Positions 39,054-47,591 of a DNA stretch of 64,000 bases are shown piece after piece. Numbering within the stretch: position 1 is the first letter of the stretch; the number at the start of each line of letters is the position of its first letter. The stretch comes from Candidatus Latescibacterota bacterium (GTDB taxonomy: Bacteria > Latescibacterota > UBA2968 > GCA-2709665): contig OZ220733.1 of the NCBI GenBank assembly GCA_965116875.1, forward strand, positions 5,280,001 through 5,344,000. The letters run 5' to 3'. The notes below the pieces were generated by a model that worked only from the letters and a program-made list of their open reading frames with translations, made no database searches and was not told the DNA's origin. The translations under genes were made by a program, and so were the position numbers.

Positions 39054-40115
39054 TCAGGCTCCTTCGACAGCGACCTCATGTCCACATGACGCCGAGGCGT
39101 AGAGTGCGTCCATGAGCCGCTGGATTCGAACGATCTCGCTGCCGGAAACGGGAGACGTCTCACCCTGACGGACGGCGCCCAGAAATTCGTTGATCAACTG
39201 CCGCATATCGTAGTCGCAAGGCTTCAGGCTGGGAATCTCCTCCCCCCGCCACGATCGTCCGTCGTCGGTCCGGATTCCAAGCGGCGAGACGGACGCGCTG
39301 CCCCGGTCTCCATGAAAGGCCCAACCCTCGTTTCTGTCAGAGGGTCCCTGAAAAAAATCTCCCTCCACGGTCAGAATGGTGTCTCCGGACAGCCGGATAA
39401 AGCCTGCGCCGAAGTCTTCGAAATCCGGGTCGAGCGGAGTTGGATCGACGTCGTCTGCCGGGGGTCCGGCCAGCGGCGGGCATACGGACGCCCTCTGATG
39501 GCGGAATGCGCTGGCGGTCAGCGGTTCGGGGTTGCCAAGAAGCCAAAGTACAAGGTCCAGGTTGTGGATCGTCCAATGCGCCAGTACGCCACCGCCGCAC
39601 GATCCGCGCGAACCGTACGCGATCGCCGGCCGGCCGTACGCGCACCCTCCCCACGTCCGGACGGCGTGTACGTGACCCAGGACACCCTCTGCGATTCGGT
39701 CTCTCAGGTACCGTGACTCATCCCAGGTCCGGTATTCGAAGCAGATACTCAGGAGCCGGTTGCGTGTCTCGGCGGCGCGGACCATGTCCCGGGCCTCGCC
39801 CGTGTCCATCGCCACGGGCTTCTCGCACAGGACGTGACATCCCGCCTCCAGGCACATCACCGCGAGGTCCCGATGACTTGAAGGCAGCGTTGCGATACTG
39901 ACGACGTCGGGCTCTGTCTTTTCAAGCATCGCGTCGGCGTCCTGAAATCCGGCGACTTCAAACTGCCTGCTGGCCTGCGCCATCCGTTCGGGCACCAGAT
40001 CGCATACGCCCACGAGCGAGCAGACCCCGGCATCCGCTGCCTCCCTGTAGGCCGGAAGATGTTGCGAGGTCGCGATCTGACCGCACCCGATCACGGCGAC
40101 TTTCGTCGGACTCAT
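39054..40115 (-). CDS. Gfo/Idh/MocA oxidoreductase
   Basis: VIGCGQIA, HVLCEKP, GGGVL..IHNLD. Confidence 0.9.
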   Translation of the reverse strand: MSPTKVAVIGCGQIATSQHLPAYREAADAGVCSLVGVCDLVPERMAQASRQFEVAGFQDADAMLEKTEPDVVSIATLPSSHRDLAVMCLEAGCHVLCEKPVAMDTGEARDMVRAAETRNRLLSICFEYRTWDESRYLRDRIAEGVLGHVHAVRTWGGCAYGRPAIAYGSRGSCGGGVLAHWTIHNLDLVLWLLGNPEPLTASAFRHQRASVCPPLAGPPADDVDPTPLDPDFEDFGAGFIRLSGDTILTVEGDFFQGPSDRNEGWAFHGDRGSASVSPLGIRTDDGRSWRGEEIPSLKPCDYDMRQLINEFLGAVRQGETSPVSGSEIVRIQRLMDALYASASCGHEVAVEGA

Positions 40116-40145
40116 AAGGCCCTCGCGGAAGACGGTACATGAAAT

Positions 40146-40286
40146 GCGGGGAGACGGTAGAGGGAAGACGGGAGAAGAAACCCTTGCCGGGTTTGTTTTT
40201 CCTCCTTGCCTTCGGCTCGAGAAGAAACCTCACATGGCAGGCAATCTCTCCCGTCTCCCGTCTTGCGTCTACCCGCCTTTCGCTGA
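40146..40286 (-). repeat. Heptamer-rich palindromic element, inverted homologue of 3062-3197
   Basis: Shared tgaggtttcttct and ttcttctcccgtcttccctctaccgtctccccgc. Confidence 0.8.
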
Positions 40287-40307
40287 AGGCTGATCGCTGT
40301 TTCTGGC

Positions 40308-40853
40308 TCAGTTCAGAAGCACTGTACCCTGGACACGGAGGATTTCGCACGCAGTGAAACTGCCCTCATCATACGTCAACCTGACCCCCTCGCAGTAATT
40401 GCAGGATGGCCCCCACGATTCGTGGTCCGCATCGGGCATGCAACCGACCGCGCTGGCTTCGATAAATCCTCCGTGAGAGATAATCAGCGCCCGGCCTCCG
40501 TCCGGGAGCGACCGGGCTATATTGACGTGAAACGCGGCCAGTTCTCTGGCGAAATTGGCAACGACGCTGGACGGATGTTGGTGAATCGTTGCGGAGAATC
40601 CTCCAAACCCAACATCGAAAGAGATTTCCGCGTTTGAGGGCATGGAAGCGAGAAGTTCAATCTGACGGTCGACCGCATAGCCCATGGCGATGCCGGTTTC
40701 GAACGCGCGGGGAATGGTACTCGTGTACACTCTGTCGAATGCCGACATCCCCTCCCCCACCCGTCTGGCGAGGTCTACGCCGGCTTGCGATAGATGCTGA
40801 CCGGGTTTCGTTCTCATTGAGTGTCGTCGATGTTCAATGAATCTAACGGGCAT
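40308..40853 (-). CDS. Histidine phosphatase family protein
   Basis: RRHS, TSTIPRAFET, IISHG. Confidence 0.8.
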   Translation of the reverse strand: MPVRFIEHRRHSMRTKPGQHLSQAGVDLARRVGEGMSAFDRVYTSTIPRAFETGIAMGYAVDRQIELLASMPSNAEISFDVGFGGFSATIHQHPSSVVANFARELAAFHVNIARSLPDGGRALIISHGGFIEASAVGCMPDADHESWGPSCNYCEGVRLTYDEGSFTACEILRVQGTVLLN

Positions 40854-40944
40854 GTGAGTTACCTCAACGGAGTGACGAATTTATGGGTCTCTATCCTGTC
40901 CATCCTGTGTATCCATGTAAATTCCCGCGTTATGTACAATGGGC

Positions 40945-41814
40945 TTATCCCGCATTGCGGAAGAATGCCATCAAATCTTCTCGGACGCTCCTGCTTCCGT
41001 GGACTACGCTGTGGGGTTCGTCCGGATACACCCGGAATTCGGCGCCGGGGATCTTCGCTGCCAGGTCCCTGCCCCAATCCACGGGCACTTCCCTGTCCCT
41101 CGCGCCGTGAACAACCAGCGTTGGCGCTCCCACGCGGCCACATTCGACGGATAAGTTTCTGTCCAGGTACGCGCCAATAGACTTCAATTGGGTCCCGTAC
41201 CATTCAACGCGATCCTGAAAGCTGGATTGTTCTACGAGCCCTTTGACCCGCTCTTCATACTCCTCCAGCGTTCCCCGCTCCTCCATCTCGTCTCGTTCCC
41301 AGAGAACGTCAAGAGAGAGCTCGACACCTTCCGGCCGATTCTCCCATGCGGATGTAGGACCCTGTTTATCAAGAACTTCCGATAGTTTCTTAACAATGCG
41401 GGTAACCGGATCGTCGTCCGGCCATAGATGCGCCGCGGTCCCGGCCAAAACGAGCGTCTCGACTCGCTCGGGGTAGCGCGTTGCAAACAGAATCGCAATC
41501 GGACCCCCGGCGGAGGAACCGATGACGTGCGCGCTTTCGATCTCGAGGTGGTCCAGCAATTCCGCCAGGTCGCGCGCCTGGTTTTCCAGGTCATAGCCCG
41601 ACTCCGGACGGGAAGACAGCCAGCAGCCCCGGCGGTCGTACATCACATACCGGAATTCCGAGGCAAAATCCAACTCCCATCCCCACCCGCCACCCGGTTC
41701 GGCGCGGAGATGCATATCAAGCGAAGGAAATCCACCGTGTACGAACACGATGACTTCGCCTTCCCCGCGCACGTCGTAGAACATCCGAAACCCGTTTATT
41801 GCGGTATACGGCAT
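40945..41814 (-). CDS. Alpha/beta hydrolase
   Basis: FVHGG, YDRRGC, GSSAGG, PTLVVHGARD. Confidence 0.9.
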   Translation of the reverse strand: MPYTAINGFRMFYDVRGEGEVIVFVHGGFPSLDMHLRAEPGGGWGWELDFASEFRYVMYDRRGCWLSSRPESGYDLENQARDLAELLDHLEIESAHVIGSSAGGPIAILFATRYPERVETLVLAGTAAHLWPDDDPVTRIVKKLSEVLDKQGPTSAWENRPEGVELSLDVLWERDEMEERGTLEEYEERVKGLVEQSSFQDRVEWYGTQLKSIGAYLDRNLSVECGRVGAPTLVVHGARDREVPVDWGRDLAAKIPGAEFRVYPDEPHSVVHGSRSVREDLMAFFRNAG

Positions 41815-42063
41815 GTTGAATGCGGCCTTACAAACCGCTGTCTCTCAGTTTCTCGATTATCTTCCGATCCGTCTCGACCGCCCTGTCTCCGGCCGGTTAT
41901 TTGAGAGGATAAAGCCCGGCTTCGGCCGCGTCGTCACCAGTCGCATCGTCGCCATATAATCAGCGCGAGTGAGCACATCATATACGCAGGTACGAGTCGC
42001 CTGTCAAGGTCAATTCCCCGAATGCGCCGCAATTTCTGCTGCTGCTTTCCGGCTTCCGTTCAC

Positions 42064-42092
42064 TTGACGAAGCCAGCCGTTTACCCTATATT
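42064..42092 (+). promoter_or_regulatory. Sigma-70-type promoter of the RAPP-leader/TonB-receptor unit
   Basis: TTGACG-17-TATATT. Confidence 0.55.
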
Positions 42093-42139
42093 CCCAAACG
42101 GATCCCGGTAAGTTCTGTACTCTTCCGGAGACGGTAGGG

Positions 42140-42442
42140 ATGTTATTTTCCTGCAGGCGAATTCATCCGGTTGTCGTTTTCGCCCTGGCAGTTTTCACGG
42201 GATACCTTGCGGCTTTTCTGCTTGCCGCTTTCCCCGAACACGATCACGATCACCATCAACAATGTGGCGATCATGATCAACTATGTACTGTCTGCGGCTG
42301 GTTCAACAATCTGAGTATCAGTCTGCCGGCAGTGCTGGTGTTGCAACTCTGCTTTCTGTACTTCAGGCAGGGGTTTTCCTCGTTCCGTTCCCCGCGACTT
42401 TCCCTCCTTCTGCCAGACGGACGCGCACCTCCCGCGTCCTGA
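42140..42442 (+). CDS. DUF2946-like leader peptide, copy 1 (signal/TM, His-rich, CxxC, RAPP)
   Basis: HDHDHHQQCGDHDQLCTVC ... GRAPPAS. Confidence 0.8.
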   Translation: MLFSCRRIHPVVVFALAVFTGYLAAFLLAAFPEHDHDHHQQCGDHDQLCTVCGWFNNLSISLPAVLVLQLCFLYFRQGFSSFRSPRLSLLLPDGRAPPAS

Positions 42443-42839
42443 TCCATCCTCACGTGTCTTCATGACACGTCCGCAATATAACTCCAACGTTTCTTTCAGT
42501 CGGGTCAACCCGGGTCTGCCCTGAATTGAATCTGTGCATGCGGAATTGCGCCCCTTTTCTGCGTGAGGGTTGACGCTCGGGACCGCGTATCGCGCATTCC
42601 CGCAGTCTCCGGGTCTGGCTACGCCCGCAATGGCGGATAACCGGTCTCGCGGATTCGGGCCTCGGCAACTTACCGGCACATCCGAAGTTGGTCCGCCACA
42701 CAGGCCGAGGGGGAATTCGCGCCCATTTCGGTGGCGGTCACCGCACCGTAGCAGAAAGCGCGGCAGGTTCGGAAGTTACGTTTCCGGTATAACCATTGCT
42801 GTATCCCGGTTTGTCTTGCGCTCAACTGGAGACCGCAGG

Positions 42840-43136
42840 ATGTTTTATTCCTCCAGACGGACTCATCCATCCGCTCTCTTCGCGCTGGCGATATTCGCGA
42901 CCTACCTGGCTGCGTTTCTGGTTGCCGCCTTCCCCGTACACGATCACGATCACCAGTGTCACGATCACGATCAACAATGTACTGTCTGCGCCTGGTTCAA
43001 CAACCTGAGCGTGAGTCTGCCGGCAGTGCTGGTGTTGCAACTCTGCTTTTTGTATTTCAGGCAGGGTTTTCCCTCGTTCCACTCCCTTCGCTCTTCCCTC
43101 CTTCTGCCACAAGGTCGCGCACCTCCGGCGTCCTGA
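42840..43136 (+). CDS. DUF2946-like leader peptide, copy 2
   Basis: HDHDHQCHDHDQQCTVC ... GRAPPAS; start ATG 42840 by homology to copy 1. Confidence 0.8.
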   Translation: MFYSSRRTHPSALFALAIFATYLAAFLVAAFPVHDHDHQCHDHDQQCTVCAWFNNLSVSLPAVLVLQLCFLYFRQGFPSFHSLRSSLLLPQGRAPPAS

Positions 43137-43452
43137 TCCACCCTCACGTGTCTCTATGACACGTCCTCGGTACTTCCAGGCTTTATTCAAACAGGTCGTT
43201 CCAGATCGACCCTGAATCGAAACCGTGCATGCGGAAATGCGCCTCGGATCTGCACGCGTGTAGACTCCCGGGACCGCGTATCGCCCATTCCCGCATTCTC
43301 CGGGTCTGACTACGCCCGCGCGGGCGTGTATCCGTCAGGGTGATCCGGCATTTGCCCAGCATTCCGGCAATTCCGCAGTTCGTCCACCGCGTCGGCGGAT
43401 GTTCACGCGAGATTCGGGGCGAATTGAGATTCCGGTACACAGGAGAACACAA

Positions 43453-45795
43453 ATGTTCAACAGGTTAAAAAGAAAGACAACCAGTCAACGGATCGGAGCA
43501 GCGGAGGATTTCGACGTGTTCCTGTCCGTTCGTGGAAAGGAAGACCCCAACCCGGGCGACGGATCCAGCCGGCGTTCCGTCATCCGGTTGCCCATTGTCC
43601 TTGCGGCCCTCGCATTGCTGTCTCTGGGCCTTCTGGCGGAAATCGGCTCGGCAACTCAGGCGGTGTTGATCGAAGGGTATGTCTTCGACGGCGAGACCGG
43701 ACTGCCGGTCTGGAACGTGAACGTCCAATCTGCAGATCACTCCGCGGGCTCGTCTACGGACGAAAAAGGCCGGTTCGTACTCCATCTGTCGCCGGGTGTT
43801 TACCGGCTGACCTTCACGCACGTCGGCTATCAGGAAACGAACCACGAACTGAACGTCTCGGGTGCGAAGCATCCCGTTGTCTATCTGGAACTGGCGCGGC
43901 TGGATCACCGGCTGGACCCCATCGACGTTGTGGCCGAACGCGATGAAACCCGATTTGAAGAACTGCACGAGGCCACCCGTGTGCTTTCGGGCGACGAACT
44001 CAGAAAGAAATACAGCATCACGTTGGCCGAGACCATGAAGAATGAACTCGGCGTCGCCATCCGGAGCATGGGGCCGGCGCCGGCCCGCCCCGTCATCCGC
44101 GGGCTCAGCGGCGACCGGGTACAGATCAACGTCGACGGCATTCAGTCTCAGGACCTTTCCGCAACGTCGGCTGACCATGCGGTAACCGTCGAGACGTTCA
44201 ACGCGGAACGCCTGGAAATCATCCGGGGACCCCGCACGCTGCTGCACACCTCCACGGCCGGCGGCGGCGTGATCAACGTCGTCAAGCACAGGATCCCCGA
44301 AACCCGGCCGGAGCGCTTCTTCGGGAGCGTGGGCGCCTACGGGGAAACAGCGAACCGGGGTTATTTCTCGTCCGCCGCCCTCACCGCGCCCGTGGGTCCG
44401 CTCGCGATGCGCGCCGAGTCCACCTACCGGGATACCCGGGACATCCAGACCCCGGTCGGACGGCTTGCCAACACGCCGATCAACACCCGCACATATGCCC
44501 TCGGCGTGTCCTACGCGGGCGACCGTGGGTACGTCGGCGGATCATTCGATCAATTCGAGACTCAGTACGGCATTCCGGGCGGATTCGTTGGCGCCCATCC
44601 CAATGGCGCGGACCTCGATATTATCCGTCGGGTCTTCGACGGGAAGGCTGTCTTTCGGCTCGACGGCGCGACGGCAGACAGAATCGAGGCCGGCTTTACG
44701 AAGGCCTATTACCGCCACACTGAGTACGAATCCAGCGGCAGCATCGGGTCTGAGTTTCTTTTTCATAACTACAGCGGCGATCTCAAACTCCACCTGAACT
44801 CGGAAAACAGGGAGCAAAACACCGTTCTCGCCGCCGGCTTCGAACACCGCAATCTCAAGCTGGGGGGTTTTGTCTTTACCCCGCCCACCCGAAAGCAGGA
44901 CGTCAACTTCGGACTGTATCACGAAACAACCTGGCGCAATATCGAGCTACAGGCCGCGGCCCGGTACGCCTATGCCACGTTTGACCCGCGCAGCCAGTTG
45001 GAAACCAACAAGAGGCTGGACGTAGACCGTGTCTTTCACACATGGTCCGCGGCGTTCAGCCCGCTGGTGCCGATAACCGGCCAGCTGACAGCTGGCTTCA
45101 GTCTCAGCCGCTCCCAGCGCGCGCCCACCATCGAGGAACTCTACAACGAAGGACCGCACCTGGCCGCTTACACCTTCGAGAAGGGCAACGTGGAACTCAA
45201 TGCCGAACGCAGTTTTGGCGCGGAGGCGTTCTTCCACTACCTGCAGCCGGGATTCGACCTGGTCTTCACCGGATTCTGGAACGAATTCGGCAATTACATC
45301 GCGCCGCGAAATACGGGAGAAATCAACTGGTCCAAACTGCTTCCCATCTACGCCGCTGAAGGGATAGACGCGAGAATGACCGGGGTGGAGACCCACCTGA
45401 AATGGCGTCCAAACGCACGCCTGGAACTGGAGATGAACCTGAGCCACGTGCGCGGAGAAAACCGGGATGACCGTATGCCCCTGCCGGAAATGCCGCCTCT
45501 CAAGTTCGTCGGCAGTGCAACCTACAGGCACCCCTGGCTTACCGGGGGTGGAACCATGGAGTGGACCACGGGACAGGAACGCGTGGATACGTACGAAGAC
45601 CCCACCGACGGTTATTCGGTCTTCGGCATCTTCATTCAGCGCGATTTCCTCGCGAATCAGGCGCGTCACAGCTTTATCCTGTCCCTCGAGAATCTCTTCG
45701 ACGCGGAGTACCGCAACCACCTGTCGCGCGTCCGGTCCGTGATGCCCGAAACCGGCCGGAGCCTTAAACTGAACTACAAGACGGTTTTCTTTTAG
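43453..45795 (+). CDS. TonB-dependent receptor, ZnuD-like
   Basis: RPVIRGLSGDRV, SADHAV, RAPTIEELY..GPH, NLFD..YRNH, terminal Phe; AGGAG before ATG 43453. Confidence 0.9.
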   Translation: MFNRLKRKTTSQRIGAAEDFDVFLSVRGKEDPNPGDGSSRRSVIRLPIVLAALALLSLGLLAEIGSATQAVLIEGYVFDGETGLPVWNVNVQSADHSAGSSTDEKGRFVLHLSPGVYRLTFTHVGYQETNHELNVSGAKHPVVYLELARLDHRLDPIDVVAERDETRFEELHEATRVLSGDELRKKYSITLAETMKNELGVAIRSMGPAPARPVIRGLSGDRVQINVDGIQSQDLSATSADHAVTVETFNAERLEIIRGPRTLLHTSTAGGGVINVVKHRIPETRPERFFGSVGAYGETANRGYFSSAALTAPVGPLAMRAESTYRDTRDIQTPVGRLANTPINTRTYALGVSYAGDRGYVGGSFDQFETQYGIPGGFVGAHPNGADLDIIRRVFDGKAVFRLDGATADRIEAGFTKAYYRHTEYESSGSIGSEFLFHNYSGDLKLHLNSENREQNTVLAAGFEHRNLKLGGFVFTPPTRKQDVNFGLYHETTWRNIELQAAARYAYATFDPRSQLETNKRLDVDRVFHTWSAAFSPLVPITGQLTAGFSLSRSQRAPTIEELYNEGPHLAAYTFEKGNVELNAERSFGAEAFFHYLQPGFDLVFTGFWNEFGNYIAPRNTGEINWSKLLPIYAAEGIDARMTGVETHLKWRPNARLELEMNLSHVRGENRDDRMPLPEMPPLKFVGSATYRHPWLTGGGTMEWTTGQERVDTYEDPTDGYSVFGIFIQRDFLANQARHSFILSLENLFDAEYRNHLSRVRSVMPETGRSLKLNYKTVFF

Positions 45796-45891
45796 CCTCC
45801 ACTCTACGCCAGCAGAAAGACAAATCAACAGCTCCGTGTCACTCGTTGTACACGGGGCTGACCTCCTTTTGGGCTGATCGTCGAACCTTAG

Positions 45892-46051
45892 CAGCCCGTT
45901 GAAAAAGCCCATCCGGTCTACGGCCGGCCCTTGCGGTCGAAATACTGCGTTGCGCTCCCTCGCCGAATCGTTGGATGGGACTCGGTCGCGCGCCTTGTCT
46001 TCGACCACAATGACTCGGCCTCGCCTGCAGAGCGACTTTATCAACGGACTG
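45892..46051. mobile_element. MITE-C copy 1 (160 bp, TTAG duplication)
   Basis: Termini cagcccgttgaaaaag / ctttatcaacggactg; TTAG on both sides. Confidence 0.88.
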
Positions 46052-46224
46052 TTAGCATACCAACGGCGAGAAGACCTGCTCGCCTTCCTGCCGATCGGCG
46101 TCCCCGTCGTGCACCCTTTCTGGCATCGCCCGTCGTATCACACGCTCCACAACGCGTGGAATCCAGGTACCCCGAACATCCGCCGTTCGGTTTCCGAAAT
46201 CCGGGACAAGGAGACGCGGACGGG

Positions 46225-47011
46225 TCAGACGAGATCCGAGCAGACACTCGTCTCGAGGGTACCGAACTTGAAGGGATCGTGAAACCGATCCAGCAGTCCC
46301 TTTTCCAATTGCCTCTGTAAGGTACGGACGATTGACTTCGCGTGGATGTGATCGTGCCAGATATACCGACGTTAGAGCCTTTGCTTCCGTCCACTGCTCA
46401 CCCTCCTCGCGGGGCACGTTGCGTCCTGAATCGCGCTCATTCAACTCGGTAATCCGCGACAGGCATTCGCGTCTCCGCTCCACGAAAGAACAAGACTCCA
46501 GGATCGGTGTAAGTCCAAGGCACTGCAGATAGTAGCCCTGTACGCGATCCACGTGCTGATACACCTCCCGGATTGAACATGGGGCAATTCCGTAGAATGT
46601 CTCCCGATCTCGATCCGGATCTCTCCAGTCAGGAAGCGTTGCGGCATCGTACAGCTCCTGGAAGCAGGCGCCGGAGAACGAGGCGATCTGACACCACTGG
46701 TCGAACGTAGACCGATCCAGCCGTTCTCTGTCGTAATCCAGGAGGATCTCGTTGTCGGCATCTTCGACACACAACCCGCTTTGATGAATCCTCGTTCGCA
46801 CCAACTCGCAAGAGGCACCGGACTTGAGCCCGAGCCAATGGGCATAGCGCCGAATCTCCCTGTCGACTTTGGACAAGCATATCCCTTCGGCGGGCCCGCG
46901 GACAAAGGCGCCGGGGAGCTCAGCAACGAATCCGATCCATCCTATCCCGTTCGTCTCGAATTCGACGTGTACGAGGTCTGGTACAATGAATTTGATAGCG
47001 CGAGTCGCGAT
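46225..47011 (-). pseudogene. HicB-like/DinB-like protein, frameshifted
   Basis: WIGFVAELPGAFVRG N-terminus; extra base near 46373 before RRYIWHDHIHAKSI; apparent start codon is ATC. Confidence 0.6.
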
Positions 47012-47097
47012 GTGAGGACCTCCGTCACAAATCTGATCTTACAGCCAGGCACCCAAGCTTCCAAATCCAGGTACGCTCACTGCCTATTGGATCTAAG

Positions 47098-47481
47098 TTA
47101 CTCGATGATCTTCCGATCCGCCTCGAACGCCAGGTCTACGGGAGGTTCATCAAGAGTAAACAGTCCGACCTCAGCCGCATCGTCGCCTGCAACGAGGTCG
47201 CCTCCTCTTTCAGTTACGAGAAAGTAAACGCCAACGACGCTTCTCTCCGGCGAGTGATGCGTCGAGAGCACGTCCACCACGTCGCCGACTTCCACGTCCA
47301 GACCGGCCTCTTCCCTGATCTCGCGTTTGACGGCTGTTCGGACGTCCTCTCCAACCTCGACCTTGCCGCAAGGGATACACCATTTGACCCGGTTTGCCCC
47401 ATATTTCCGGCGTACCAGTACGATTCGGTTACCCCATAGGATCACCCCGGCAACACCCGCATTGACGTAATTCGCGGTCAT
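47098..47481 (-). CDS. NUDIX hydrolase
   Basis: PCGKVEVGEDVRTAVKREIREEAG. Confidence 0.85.
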   Translation of the reverse strand: MTANYVNAGVAGVILWGNRIVLVRRKYGANRVKWCIPCGKVEVGEDVRTAVKREIREEAGLDVEVGDVVDVLSTHHSPERSVVGVYFLVTERGGDLVAGDDAAEVGLFTLDEPPVDLAFEADRKIIE

Positions 47482-47591
47482 TGCTGAACGCTTTCTCGTA
47501 ATGTACTAATGTTGTTTGTACGATGGCTGGGAACTGGCTTGCGTGGCGCACGAGTAAACTTGCCGATGTCCTCGTAAACCCTTGCCCCCAA

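Noticed and set aside
43137-43452. Cobalamin or other riboswitch before the TonB receptor
   Set aside because: No B12 box or other aptamer consensus recognisable by eye
45899-46282. ORFs MKKPIRSTAG and MKKTIRATAG (60220)
   Set aside because: Translations of MITE-C
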